From Elsinoe ampelina (lineage: Eukaryota): DNA of 64,000 bases. Shown one piece after another: positions 38,747 through 51,331 of the stretch. Numbering within the stretch: the stretch's first letter is position 1; each line of letters opens with the position of its first letter. Under the pieces are notes generated by a model. That model saw only the letters and a list, made by a program, of their open reading frames with translations. It had not been told where the DNA came from and ran no database searches. The translations under genes and the position numbers were made by a program. The stretch lies in NCBI GenBank assembly GCA_010093995.1, contig ML992509.1:790178-854177 (forward strand). The letters run 5' to 3'.

Positions 38747-39627
38747 ATGTCGTTCCTTACTATTCTGCTAGCCCATGCAGCTCTGTGGCACAGCACCTTT
38801 GCCCACACGGTAATAACATACCCAGGTTGGAGAGGTAAGTCCGTTGCGCCATGTCTGGCTGCTCAGCTGACATTCCACCACAGGAAATAATCTTCACACG
38901 AACGGAACTGCGCCAGAATTCAATCGCAACTCTATTGGCATCGACTATGTCAACGGCACTCCTAGCTTTCCATTTGGGATGGAGTGGATGTATCCTTGTA
39001 GGCCACTCCAGCAGAATCACACGTGGCGTTCCTGCTGACACTGATTGCAGGTGGCGGCATGCCACTGTCTTCCAACAGATCGTTGTGGCCAGTCAACGGG
39101 GGTGCCGTTGCCTTCCAGCCTGGATGGTTTCCTGGACATCGTGTTGGCTTCATCTATGTCAACATCGGCATCACTCAGCCAGGCGAGCTGGCTCCGAGGA
39201 ACATGAGCTTCAACGTCGTACCGCCCTTCCAGATTGTCGGTCCCTCTAACGACATGTATGACGGCACGGTCTGCCTACCGCAAGTCCCATTACCTGCCAA
39301 TGCGAATCTGAAAGTGGGCGACAACATCACAATCCAGGTTGTTGAATCGGCGCAGCATGGTGCTGCCCTGTATAACGTTAGTACATTCCCCGTCGCAGCA
39401 ATGACCTGAGCTAATGTCTCTAGTGCGCCGATGTTACACTCGCAGAGCCAAAGGATGTCGCCAGGGTTGACCAGACGAACTGCTTCAACACATCCACGAT
39501 TGGCATACAGTATCTCTTCACAACATCTTCCTTGAAGTCTGCGGCCTTTCGCTCGCTCGCAGCGCCCTCACTGACGCTGGCGACGCTCGCGATACTCGTG
39601 GCAGCTGTAGTGGTGGGCTTTGTATGA
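38747..39627 (+). CDS. Secreted, GPI-anchored copper acquisition factor BIM1-like / X325 LPMO-like protein
   Basis: Signal peptide MSFLTILLAHAALWHSTFA then H-TVITYPGWRG; YPCGG, WPVNGGAVAFQPGWFPGH, CLPQVPLP and IQVVESAQHGAALYNCADV; hydrophobic tail. Introns 38835-38883, 38998-39050, 39377-39423. Confidence 0.85.
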
Positions 39628-40360
39628 GGAGTTTTGAGAGTCGGGCAGAACCATTATACGAGCATTTACTGTACATAGTGTGGATATTGCATTAGCGCTG
39701 GAGTTTGGGTGGGATCCATGTCACCGCGAATGGGTACAACAGTATAACCTGCTGGAAGGATCATTGGATTTTATTGAGATACAGCCTCAATTGCAAGTGA
39801 GGTATTGCCAACAGCTTACGTAGAAACCACAACTGATGTTCCTCGGGAATCTGAACGTCAGCTAATTGACGCTTTGCCCGCTGAAAGTGTTTAGACAATC
39901 CCACCACTCCCGTGAGCATCATGTTTGACTAAGGCTGTGCAATTGGGAAAAACGCACACCTAGCGACCAAAGATGCATTCGTCTTTGAAGCGTGCTGAAT
40001 GCAATGCATGCCTTGGAAATGAAGAAGGAAGGCTGCCATCATGGGTGTTGTGCTGCAATGTGGGCGTCGTCCCAAAAGGGAAAAGCGTCGGAGGCAAACC
40101 ACGCCTCTGCGCTGAACGACCGTTACCTTGTCGTCCTCTAATATCAGAGCCACGACGACGACGAAGACCGTGTGTGACTGCCATTACACTGTCAATCGCT
40201 ACACAAACGACTCTTGACCCTTGGTACCTCAGAGAAGCGTCACCTGAGAGATATGAGCGACATCCTCCGCGACCTCCAGCTGGACCCTGTTCGCCAGCAA
40301 AGTCGCCTCTCATGAGTGGAGACATATCAAGCAAGAGCATCGCATGAAGGACAAATAAGC

Positions 40361-43300
40361 ATGTGGAAAATCGCAAGACCGTCAGAAGCTGGTTCGACCA
40401 AGATTCGACTGGTCAAGACGTCTGGCGCTGAGCCCGCGTCGCAAGAAAGCGTCACATATCAAAATTCGACTCCCGAGGAGGCGAACAGATCCACGCAGCT
40501 GGAGCCTACAGATTCATCGAGTTCATCATCAATACACAGCGAGATCTTCGACAGGACGCCATTGAACACAGAATGTATGTTTGATGTGATTCTGTCGTGT
40601 TACATCTCAGGCTAACAGAAGAACCAGCTGAGGAAACAGGCCTATCTTCTGTCTCGTCCGCCGAACGCTCCGATCCCTTCCAGTCCCACAGCATAATCAA
40701 AGAAACCCCCAAATCCTTTTCTGCAGTACGAAATCCGGAAGGTGCGAGGAAGAGGATAGCATTATCGCCTCCAAGGTCGTCGGCTGCTCAAGCGGAGCCC
40801 AGCGCGCAAGATGACCCAATGTCTTCCCGACCGCTAAGTCAGCTCCACATTGAGCCTGATGTAGCTCGCCTGCAGTCTCCCCAGAAGCTGAGCCCAAAGA
40901 CAAGTCAGGGTTGGAACACGATACCCAGGCGTGACAGATGGAAGCCAAGCTCTTCCATACCCGCGGCTTTGTCATGGGAAGAATATGGCAGGCAATGCAT
41001 ACTCGCCGCAAATATGTCACGATTGAGTCCCTATGCATTGCATCAGGGAGAATATCGTCTGCTCAAGGGACATCTGCCGCCACAACTGGCAACAACCTAC
41101 CTCAATATCCGTAATGGAGTACTTCGCTTGTGGACTCGGAATCCGCTCGTCAGCGTCACGCTTGACGAGGCAGCCGGCTGCGTCAAAGAGAGCAGGTATT
41201 TCAATCTGGCAGTATTCGCTTATCAATGGCTGGTCAGAAATGGATACATTAACTTCGGCTGTATTGACGTTCCTCGACCGCAAATCAATCCGCCACGAGG
41301 TCGAAAGCCTGTGCAGCAGAAGACGATCGTGGTGATTGGAGCAGGAATGTCTGGACTGGGGTGTGCAAGGCAGCTCGAAGGCTTGATTGGGCAGTACCAA
41401 GATCGATGGGTCAATCGAGGCGAGCACCCTCCCAAAGTTATTGTTCTCGAGGGCCGGACGCGGATTGGAGGACGAGTCTATTCGCACCCGCTGAGGAGTC
41501 AAGTAAAAGGCAGCTTGCCAGATGACCTTCGAAATACAGCCGAGATGGGCGCCCAGATCATCACAGGATTTCAGCACGGCAATCCTCTGGATGCGATAGT
41601 CCGAGGTCAGCTTGGTCTTCAATACCATCTCATGTGGGACGAGATTGTAATGCACGACTCAAACGGTAAAGCGGTCGACCGCGATAGAGACATCCTTGTC
41701 AACAAGATTCACAATGATGTGCTCGAGCGCACCAGTGATTTTCGGATACGATCAACAGTCACAGAAACGATGGAAGGTTTACAGGACTTCATCGATGTTT
41801 GTCAAGAGCCAGCACAAGTGGACTTCGAGGCTAGAGCTGTCGTTGCAAAAGGTACAGAAGAACAGTCAAATGCCACAGCAGGCGCAGGTGGGCAGGACCG
41901 GTCACAGGTCGTACCACCTGGATTTGCGAAGCTACAGGGACGTACACAAGTCGTTGCAGGCAATAGTTCTAGTCGGACAGCAGCACAAGCGGCGAGAAGT
42001 GCAGGATGGGAGCTCCGACCTGGCATCTCACGAAACCACTCGCTCAATCTTGACAATGTGGTCAAATCGTCGAACACTCCTACACTTGGATCTACCATGG
42101 ATGAGGCGCTACGTCAGTACCAACATCTTGTACAACTGACTCCGCAAGACATGCGAATGCTGAATTGGCATTACGCTGATCTTGAGTACGCCAACGCAGC
42201 GATGGTGTCACAGCTAAGCCTGGGCGGTCATGATCAAGACAGTGGTAACGAATTTGAAGGACGACATTCGGAGGTCGTTGGAGGCTACATACAGGTCCCA
42301 CGCGGTCTTATGATGCTCCCACATCAGCTTGAGGTCCAGTTTGACTCAGCGGTCAAGACAATCAAGTACTCCGCGGACGGTCAGACGCCGGCCCAGATCG
42401 AATGCGTCAATGGCGAGACAATTGAAGCCGACAAGGTGATTCTTACAGCACCACTCGGGGTGCTCAAAGCACAAGCTATCTCGTTTGAGCCAGCGCTACC
42501 GGAATGGAAGCAGGGTGCGATTGAACGTCTCGGCTTTGGTGTTCTGAACAAAATCGTTCTTGTCTTTGAGAAGCCATTCTGGGATGAACAGTACGACATG
42601 TTTGGCATGCTCAATAACGCAGAGCGCGAAAACAGCATGAACCCTGACGACTACGCCAAGGGCAGAGGAAAGTTCTACCTGGTCTGGAACTGTATCAGCA
42701 ACAGTGGACGACCCATGCTCATTGCCTTGATGTCCGGACATGCAGCTCATGCTGCAGAGGTCACGCCAACGGCTACGCTTCTTAAGGAGATTCTTGGTCG
42801 TCTGACCCGTACCTTTGCGCCCAAGATCGTGCCAGCTCCTGTGGAAGTCATCGTCACTCGTTGGAAGAAGGACCCCTTTACAAGAGGCACGTACTCATTC
42901 GTTGCGCCCGGCACACAACCTGGCGATTACGATGTCATGGCGGCTCCGGTTGGAAACCTGCACTTCGCTGGTGAAGCCACTTGCGGTACCCATCCTGCCA
43001 CTGTACATGGAGCATATCTATCAGGTCTTCGTGCGGCGGCCGATATCATGGAAGAGCTCGTCGGGAGTGTCGAAGTGCCTTCGCCCTTGTTGCCGGAGCG
43101 AGAAGACTTTGGTAGCCCGGCAGTGTCTGAATCGTCCCAGAAGGTGTCGATTGCTGGGTCTGCTACCCGCAAACCCAGTGTAGGCGGTCGACCACGCAAG
43201 TCTAGTATCAAGATCAAGACCGAGATTATGGCTGATGCTGTTCCGGCGACGCCTTCTGTCCCGACAGTCAATCCATACCGCTCCATCAATTCAGCGAGAT

Positions 43301-43722
43301 GGACCGAACACGTCGATCAGGAAGCTGCGTTGCAGTTCTTCATCATCAGCCAGATTGGAGAGCGACCGCCACGGCCTACTAGGCCAGGTGTCAATCCTTT
43401 CTTAGTCTACACAGCCGAGAAGTGGAATGAATGCAAGGCAGAAGAGTCAGCAGTGAAAGCAAAAACGACTGGCGATGCGAATGCTAAAGCGACGAGGAAC
43501 GAGGTCCGCATCGCCATTGGGAGAAATTGGCGTCTCTTGCCCGAGGAAAGCAGACGGCCGTACAACGAGCAATGCGAGGCAGCACAGCAATTGGCCAATG
43601 AAGCTAGAGCTGAATGGGCCCGCAGGACAGATGCCTGGGACCGGGAAGCAAAGAAGCTGAGAGCTGAGTGGGGACAGCAGCATGTCGCTGGGTTGGGGGA
43701 AGACGGCAAGAGTGCTGAATGA
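40361..43722 (+). CDS. LSD1: Lysine-specific histone demethylase LSD1-like (SWIRM + flavin amine oxidase + C-terminal HMG-like box)
   Basis: SWIRM YLNIRNGVLRLW...WLVRNGYINFGC, VIGAGMSGLGCARQL, RIGGRV, GAQIITG, LHFAGEAT...TVHGAYLSGLRAA; HMG-like RPGVNPFLVY..IGRNWR. Intron 40575-40627; the start codon is uncertain. Confidence 0.93.
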
Positions 43723-44833
43723 GCAGGAGGAACTGCTTGAGTGTCGGAGCATCATGTGTCGGCATCATTATTGTCCAGCCTTTCTATGCATGAATAATCT
43801 AGCTTAAAGTAGCTGCTACTGAATAATACCACGACTATTCTTGAAGTTCAAAGATGTACATGATCATCTGTCCATCACTCTCATCGGAGCAACATTGGCC
43901 CTCGACTCCGAGCGAATGACAAAAGGCCCCTCTGTCTCGCAACAGAGTTCAGGATGCCACGCGAGCGGCTCGTTGGATCTACCAACCAAATAGGTCTAGT
44001 AATGTGGGACGTGGGACAGTGGATCCACTCCATGCGAGGATTCCATGCGAGGGAGGTCCAGAAGCTGTCCCGGGATGTGAGATGCTAATAATGCAAATGT
44101 AAACACAATCAATGCCGGTCGTCGAACCACAATGGTTGTCATTTTGAAGCCTGCCGTCGACGTCGATGCAGCCACGTTGTCACACAAGCTATGATCAAGC
44201 TCTAGGATCGGACACACTGCAAGGCCGCAACAAAATGCTTGGTCGTAAAGTCATGATCGTCAGCGGCACAGCAGCGAGGGCCGCGAGGGATCGAGGGCAA
44301 AGCGTGAGGATCCTTCGCGTAGAACTGCTGGGCAGGGGGAAGAATCGGCGTCTTTCCGCTGCGAGGGCGCTGCTTCTCGAGAGTCGAGGCGGGGAAAAGG
44401 TCAAGGCCCAGGACGCTTTTCTTTGGTACCCGTTGCTCGTTAGAAAGCGGGCCCGACTGCCGACTCGATTCGTTCTTCGACTGGCAGCAGAGAAGCTGTC
44501 ACCAATTGGATCCATTCACGCCTCTGCGAGGGCCACGCTAGGTACTACGCCAGTGACATCCACCTCATCGTACATCCGACCTCTTTACGTCCGCTCCACG
44601 ACTTGGACCAGACACGTACACTCACTGGTATAGCTCCCTCTTCAGCACACTCTTCTCGCCTCGCCCAATTTGTTCCGCGACCTCGACGACTTCGATTCTT
44701 CCGGCTTGGTCTCCGCCAACCTACCCCGGACCAGCCCCAGGGCCACCATCCTTGCCTCCCCATCTCCCTCCCTCGACCTGTGCGGCACGGCGAATACTGC
44801 GCATACCTTTGATGTCGGCGCGAGTCGCGCATC

Positions 44834-47389
44834 ATGTCATTCTTTGGCAAATTCAAGAGCAATGCTGTACGGATAATCAGTCTCTCACCCCGCGGACTCG
44901 GTCTAATTGCCGTAGCAGACTCCCTCTAGCCCCAACCTCAAAGATGCGCCCAAGAAGGACCTGCACCAGCTCTTACCGAGCGCATTAGACAAGCATCTCG
45001 CAGATCTTACTGGTCCGGTACGACCAGATGGCAGCGACAAGTTCTTCGGGTTTGAAAATGTGAGTCGGGTCGTGTAGAACAAGTGTTTAGTTAGACTGAC
45101 AAATCCGATAGTATAGCAGCACATGGTAGATTTGACCGTGATACGACCCACGTGGCTCGACTGACCTTTCTCAGTTATTGTAATTCGATTCTTCAGTGTT
45201 TATACTACTCTGTCCCATTTCGAGACCATGTACTCAACTTCCCTCCTCTGCCAGAGGCCAACGGCACTGCACATATAGACGATCCAGAAAAGCGAAACAG
45301 CACAGCTCTCAGACCGACACGATCACCACTATCCATTAAAGCACCACCGGCACAACCAGGACCACTTACGGCAAACTCCCCAGCACGACGGCCATTGGTA
45401 ATAGCAGGGACTCCACAGGCACAGAATCAGAAGCCAGACGAGAAGGATTCGCCAGAATGGAGGAAGAAGATGCTCATGCAGACGGCGACAATGCTGGATA
45501 TGCAGCTGAATTACTCGGACACGTACGACATGTCCGAGTCTCTCTTCACTGCTCTGAAGGACATATTCGAGGCCATCATATCACACCCGACACGAACGGG
45601 AATTGTCAGTCCACACAAGTTCCTTGAGATTCTACGGAAGGAGAACGAGATGTTCAGATCAGCTATGCACCAGGACGCTCACGAGTTCTTGAATCTTTTG
45701 CTCAATCAGGTAGTGGACACAGTTGAGTTGCATTCCAAACGCCAAATTTTGGGCACAAACGGCACCAAGGATGGAGAAATGTCTGGCATGAATCAGCCAA
45801 CGGCGCTCACAAAGGCATCTGCCGGCTGGGTACACGAATTGTTCGAGGGTCTTCTGGTCTCCGAGACGCGGTGCTTGACCTGCGAGAACACTTCTCAACG
45901 TGACGAGGCCTTCATGGATTTGTCTGTCGATCTCGAAGCACACTCGTCGGTCACATCATGTCTACGGAAGTTCTCCGAAGAAGAGATGTTGTGCGAGCGG
46001 AACAAGTTCCATTGTGACAACTGCGGCGGTCTGCAAGAGGCTGAGAAGCGCATGAAGATCAAGCGGCTGCCGAAGATTCTCGCTCTTCATCTCAAGCGTT
46101 TCAAGTACACCGAGGACTACAATCGTCTCCAGAAGCTCTTCCACCGAGTCGTATATCCATACCACCTTCGCCTTTTCAACACGACAGAGGATGCTGAGGA
46201 CCAAGACCGTCTTTACGAGCTTTACGCCGTGGTTGTTCACATCGGAGGAGGACCTTACCACGGTCACTACGTGAGCATTATCAAGACACAGGATCGTGGT
46301 TGGGTGCTTTTCGATGACGAGCTTGTCGAGCCTGTATCTCGGGACTATGTCCAGCACTTCTTTGGAGGTGAGCCCAAGCCTGGTGTACAAGATGCCAAGC
46401 AGCTGGCCTGTGCATATGTCCTCTTCTATCAAGAGACGACGCTCGAGGCTGTACAGAAGGAACAAGAAGCCGAGGCCGCTGCCGCCGCGGCAGCTGCAGC
46501 AGCTGCAGCTCAAGCCCGCACAAGTGACGTCCAGTCCCCATCTAGCCCGACCCAACCCTCAGGTCTCTTCGCCAACGGCTTCAAGGGCCTCAACACCATG
46601 GCCACACCGACCGAAGAAAAAGACGACCAATTCGCCAATCTCGCCCACGCCGCCACCGCTCCTGCCGTTCCCACCAATACACAAACCTCCTCCAACACTC
46701 CCGGCTCACCCCTCGTCAACTCCGGTTCCCTCCCGGCCCTCGAGAAGCAAAAGACAAAGAAAGACCTCAAGAAAGAACTCAAACAGCAAGAGAAAGAACG
46801 CAAAGCCGCCGAGAAAGAAGCCGAAAAAGCAGCCCGCCAAAAAGCAAAAGACGCAATGGAAGCGCGCCGCGACCGGGTCAAGAAGGCAGAAGAAGAACTC
46901 CAAGCCGCCATTGAAGCAAGCAAGGCCACCAAAGCAGAAGAAGACGCCAAGATCGGCTCCGAGAAACCCGCCGCAGACGACGCCGTCAAGGACGACACCG
47001 TCGGCCGACCCCTCACGCACGCCATGACGACGGGCGAGATGGGCAATGGCACCTCCCCTGCCAATGCCAACGGGGGCGGACTAGGCTCACGATTCCGCCA
47101 CGGCAGCATCTCGATCCGGCAGAAGAAGGGCTTCTGGGGCGTGGGTGGCAAGAAAGATGATGCACCCTCCCCTGCTCCTGGCGTGACTGGCGCAAACGGG
47201 GAGTTGCGAGAGGAGACGGCCAAGGATGGAAAGACGGAGACGACGACGGTCAAGGAGATGCCGAGTTCGCCGTCGTTGGGCTTTGGGATGTGGAAGCGGG
47301 GGAGCGACGCGAAGGATGAGGGGAAGGAGGCGGGGAAGAAGAATAGGTTTAGTATGGGGAGGAAGAAGAGTGCGGTTTTTGGGACGTAG
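44834..47389 (+). CDS. creB: Ubiquitin C-terminal hydrolase CreB (USP12/46, Ubp9/13 family)
   Basis: [68 protein letters not shown] and FDDELVE; introns ~44867-44918, 45060-45111, 45126-45174. Confidence 0.94.
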
Positions 47390-47819
47390 GGGGTGTCGGA
47401 CTGGGAGGGTTGGTGAAAAGTTTTGGGGGTAGTCTAAGTTGGATCGAGCTGAGAGGGAGGCAGAGGATGGGAGGGAGGGATTGAAGGGGGGGATATACCC
47501 GTTGGTGTTGTAATATATCTGATGTCATTGGGTAGGATATTCTTGATGATTTTGGAATGAAGTTATCGCTACGCTTTTCGCGATTGAGGTGATCGTTGGC
47601 CATGGGTGTCTGCTCCAAGTCCTCGCCCTCTGCCTCGAAGCATTGATTGTACCTGTGCCATTATTGGCCACGTCCTTCTACATGTACGAATGTCCTTCGT
47701 CCTGCCTGGCACGTTCATCACGCAAGGTTGATCATGGCCAATCCGTGACGCCGCGCTTTATGTCCCATGATGACCACATCGCCATCTCTTCGATGCCCTT
47801 TGGTAGCCCAAGACACCGT

Positions 47820-48448
47820 TCATCCTAGTATCAACTCGTACAGTATTATCACCGTATTGATCGCTATCAGAGGTACTGCCATACGTCAGCCATGTTTCCC
47901 TCCTCAACCTGTTACCCCATTCCTGAACCGCTATCTGGACCAAGAGCCCTGCTGAAGAACCAGCTCGCCATGCACAGAGTCCCTTCCCATGTCTTCCCAA
48001 GCTCCACCTCCTTCTCTTCCCCAACAGCTCCAACAGTAGAACGGGTACTCACTCCTCATCAGCGTCCGCACCGAAGCAATCAGATTCACGATCTTGGCCT
48101 TGACGCTCGTCGTATCCTGCACCCCACCGAATCCCGCATCTTGCGAGGCTGATGACCAGCCAACTATGTCATGTCAGCGACTCATCCCTTTCTCAACCCC
48201 ATTTTCCAATTGTTCCAAGGTAGGACGGAAGGAGTTGAAGACGCCAAAAGGGGGGCAGCGTGTGCTCAGAGACTGAGATGGCTGGGAGGAAGGTGACGTA
48301 CTTCTCGCCAGGAACCGGTCTTCGGAGAGGATAGCTATGGCGTTGACGAGCAGGACCGAGACTGGGTGTGTTAGTGTGCGTGTCGGCGGGGGGGGTGGCA
48401 GGGGGACGAGCTGTAGATGAGGCCGCCGAGGCCGAAGAAGACGGCCAT
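47820..48448 (-). CDS. YOS1: Yos1-like ER-Golgi transport membrane protein
   Basis: Exons join to MAVFFGLGGLIY..VLLVNAIAILSEDRFLAR|IGW...SVKAKIVNLIASVRTLMR|..LIAINTVIILYELILG*. Confidence 0.9.
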
Positions 48449-48680
48449 TGGACTCGCGCGGGGGTGGGCAGAGGGGATATAGAGGGCGGAATACAATCGA
48501 GAGGTCGAGAGGGGCGTGTTCAGAAGGAATCAAGGAGTGGGCGGGAATAGTAGGTGGTGGTGCATGTGGGAGCCTGCCTCTGAAAGGAAGCCTCCACGTT
48601 TCGACCTTTGGCCTTTGGCCGCGGAGCTTTGAGCTTCACCACCGTATTGTAAGCACCGAGTGGGCGATGAAGAGGACAAA

Positions 48681-50790
48681 ATGCCAAAAGCCATAGGTAA
48701 CAATTTGAGCACAAGCCATCATGTTCATGACCAATTGACTCACGACGAACAGATCTCCTTCTCACAATCGCCATCCCCGCTCTCATCCTCGTCCACCTCT
48801 TCGCCGCTCCTTACACCAAGGTCGAGGAGTCGTTCAACATCCAAGCGATACACGACATCTTGACTTTTGGTATTCCAAACCCGCTAGACAGCGATGCTGT
48901 GGACTACATCAAGACGAACTATGACCATGCTAGTTTCCCTGGATCTGTCCCGAGGACTTTTGTAGGGGCGTCGGTGTTGGCTGGTCTTGCTCGGCCCTTT
49001 GTTGGACTGCTGAGGTCGCCGGAGCAGGTGCAGTTGCTTGGTAAGGACGACCATCTCGGAGAGAACACAGATACTGAACCGGTGTAGTTCGTGGGATTCT
49101 TGGGCTGATCAATGCTGCTGCTCTGGTGAGGTTCAGGGTTGCAGTAGATGTGGCGTATGGTAGGACTGCAGGACGATTCTACCTCGCTTTCGTGGCGTGC
49201 CAGTTCCAGCTGCTGTTCTATGCTTCGAGGACGTTGCCGAATTACCTCGCCTTGCCTCTGAGTAAGTATAAATACTCAAGTGGAAGTCAGTTCGTGCTAA
49301 TAGTGTTAGCAATCGAGGCTTCGAGAGCATTGCTTCTGTCGTTATCTACTTCTCCAAAGCTGAGACCGTCATCACGAAGGAGACGACTATGTCTATATCT
49401 TCTCACCGTATCTGGTATCATATTCCGGTCTGAAGTGGCACTCCTCCTGGCTACGACCGCTGGCACGCTCGGCTTGTTCTCTGGTCTTAAGATTCGATCA
49501 GAGCTCATACCTGCTGTCTTTGCTGGAGCACTCATCGCCTTGCCTACTACCCTTGGACTCGACACGTTTCTCTGGCGACCAAGGATCGCGCTTAGTCTCA
49601 CATACGACACCGGCTCGAGCACCTTCCAGATTCCTGTCCCCACCTGGCCAGAGCTCCAAGCCTTCCTCTACAACACCATCCAAGGCCACTCCTCCGAATG
49701 GGGCACCTCCCCCTTCCACTACTACTTCACCTCGGCCCTCCCCAAACTCCTCCTCAACCCGATCCACCTCCTCCTTATCCCACTCTCCCTCACCATCCCC
49801 GCCCTCCGCCGCACCTCCCTCACCTCCCTCCTCCCCTCCCTCCTCTTCATCACCCTCTTCTCCCTCCTCCCCCACAAAGAACCCCGTTTCATAATCTACA
49901 CCCTCCCCCTCCTCCTCGCCTCCTCCTCCTCCAGCGCTTCCTACCTCTTCACCCGCCGCCACAAATCCCCTCTCTACCTCCTCTCCACCTCCCTCATCCT
50001 CCTCTCCCTCCCTCTCTCCCTCCTCCTCTCCACCACCACCCTCTACATCTCCACCCTCAACTACCCCGGCGCCCACGCCCTCTCTCTCCTCCACGAAATG
50101 GCCTCCCCCGCAAGCCTATCCTTCTCCTCCGCCGTCCCAGCCCACATCCACCCCCCCACCTCCCACCCCAGAGAACCCCCCGTCTCCCTCTCCCCGTCCG
50201 AAGCAGCCCACGCCCTGACGGCAGCAGCAGCGGCGCGCCACGCCGCCTCGGCCCTCAGAGCCAAAGGACACGTGCGCATCCACCTCGACAACCTCGCCCT
50301 CCAAACCGGCGTCACCCGCTTCCAGGAAGCGCACCGCCGCTCTCGCGCGCCGCCGCCGGGCGTCGTCATCGTCGAGCGATCCGATCGAGGCAACTGGGTG
50401 TACGATAAAACCGAGGACGTCGCGAGGCTGAACGCGCCTGACTTCTGGCTCGATGTGGATTTTGTCGTCTGCGAGAGGCCGGACAAGGTGCCGGGTGTGT
50501 GGGAGGTGGTGGGGAGTGTGGAGGCGTTTGATGGGGTGGGGGTCAGGTTGCGTCCTCAGACGGGGGAAAGGGAGGGGGCAGAGCGGGCGGTGCATGAGGT
50601 GAAGGTGAAGGGGAGGGAGGTGTTTTTCCCCGAGATCAAGGGCGGGGGATTGGGCAAGGTGACGAGGGTGGTGGCACTGGGGGTGGAGAAGGTGGGGAGG
50701 AGGGTCGCGGGGTGGAATGGTGGGTGGTGGCCTTATATCAAAGTCAAGGAGAAGCTGTTTGTCTTGAAGCAGGGGAGTTTGGGAGTGTGA
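48681..50790 (+). CDS. ALG12: Dol-P-Man alpha-1,6-mannosyltransferase (GT22)
   Basis: APYTKVEESFNIQAIHD, YDHASFPGSVPRTFVGA, YASRTLPN, IFRSE, SSEWGTSPFHYYF, PHKEPRFIIY, NYPG, QTGVTRF and YDKTED; introns 48697-48752, ~49042-49087, ~49262-49309. Confidence 0.94.
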
Positions 50791-51331
50791 AAGAGGTTAT
50801 AGCGGTAGGAGGCAGGCGTCTGCGAAAAGTGTAGATTACAATCATTCCGCTATATACCTTTCTGCGGACAGCGCGAAATGGAAAAGCAGTCGACGCTCCT
50901 GTAGATGCGTAGCAACATTATCCTCAGCATGGTAGTCAAGCAAGGGCTGTGTTCGGCTGTACCGAACCTGTTTATATATCCTCATCCCAAAAAAACGCCA
51001 TAATGTCCTTGTCCGTTCCCGGTCAGAGGTCGTGAATCCATTCTTGGTACGTCGTCACCGTGGGCGTGTCCGGAAAAGAGTGTGGTATTCCGCGAGGAAA
51101 ATGAGGTATGTGTCCGTGGTAAGAATAATTTTCCGATTTATGGGTGGTCCGGATCAGGGGTGGTCGACACTGGCTGAGTGCGACGGCAGAACAAGGTCTG
51201 CGAGCGCTGTGGGCGACCTACCTGTGAAGCGCGTAATAATGTCCAGATGTATGATGAGTGATCCAGCCGGAGACGTCCAGGGCGACAATTCTGGATGCCA
51301 GCAGACAGTGATGCACAGAGTGAAAATATGC

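Noticed and set aside
49498..50595. Long antisense and alternative-frame ORFs (Gly/Glu-rich, Pro-rich) over ALG12, and similar ones over SIN3, creB and GT90
   Set aside because: Shadow ORFs produced by extreme C/G skew within real genes.
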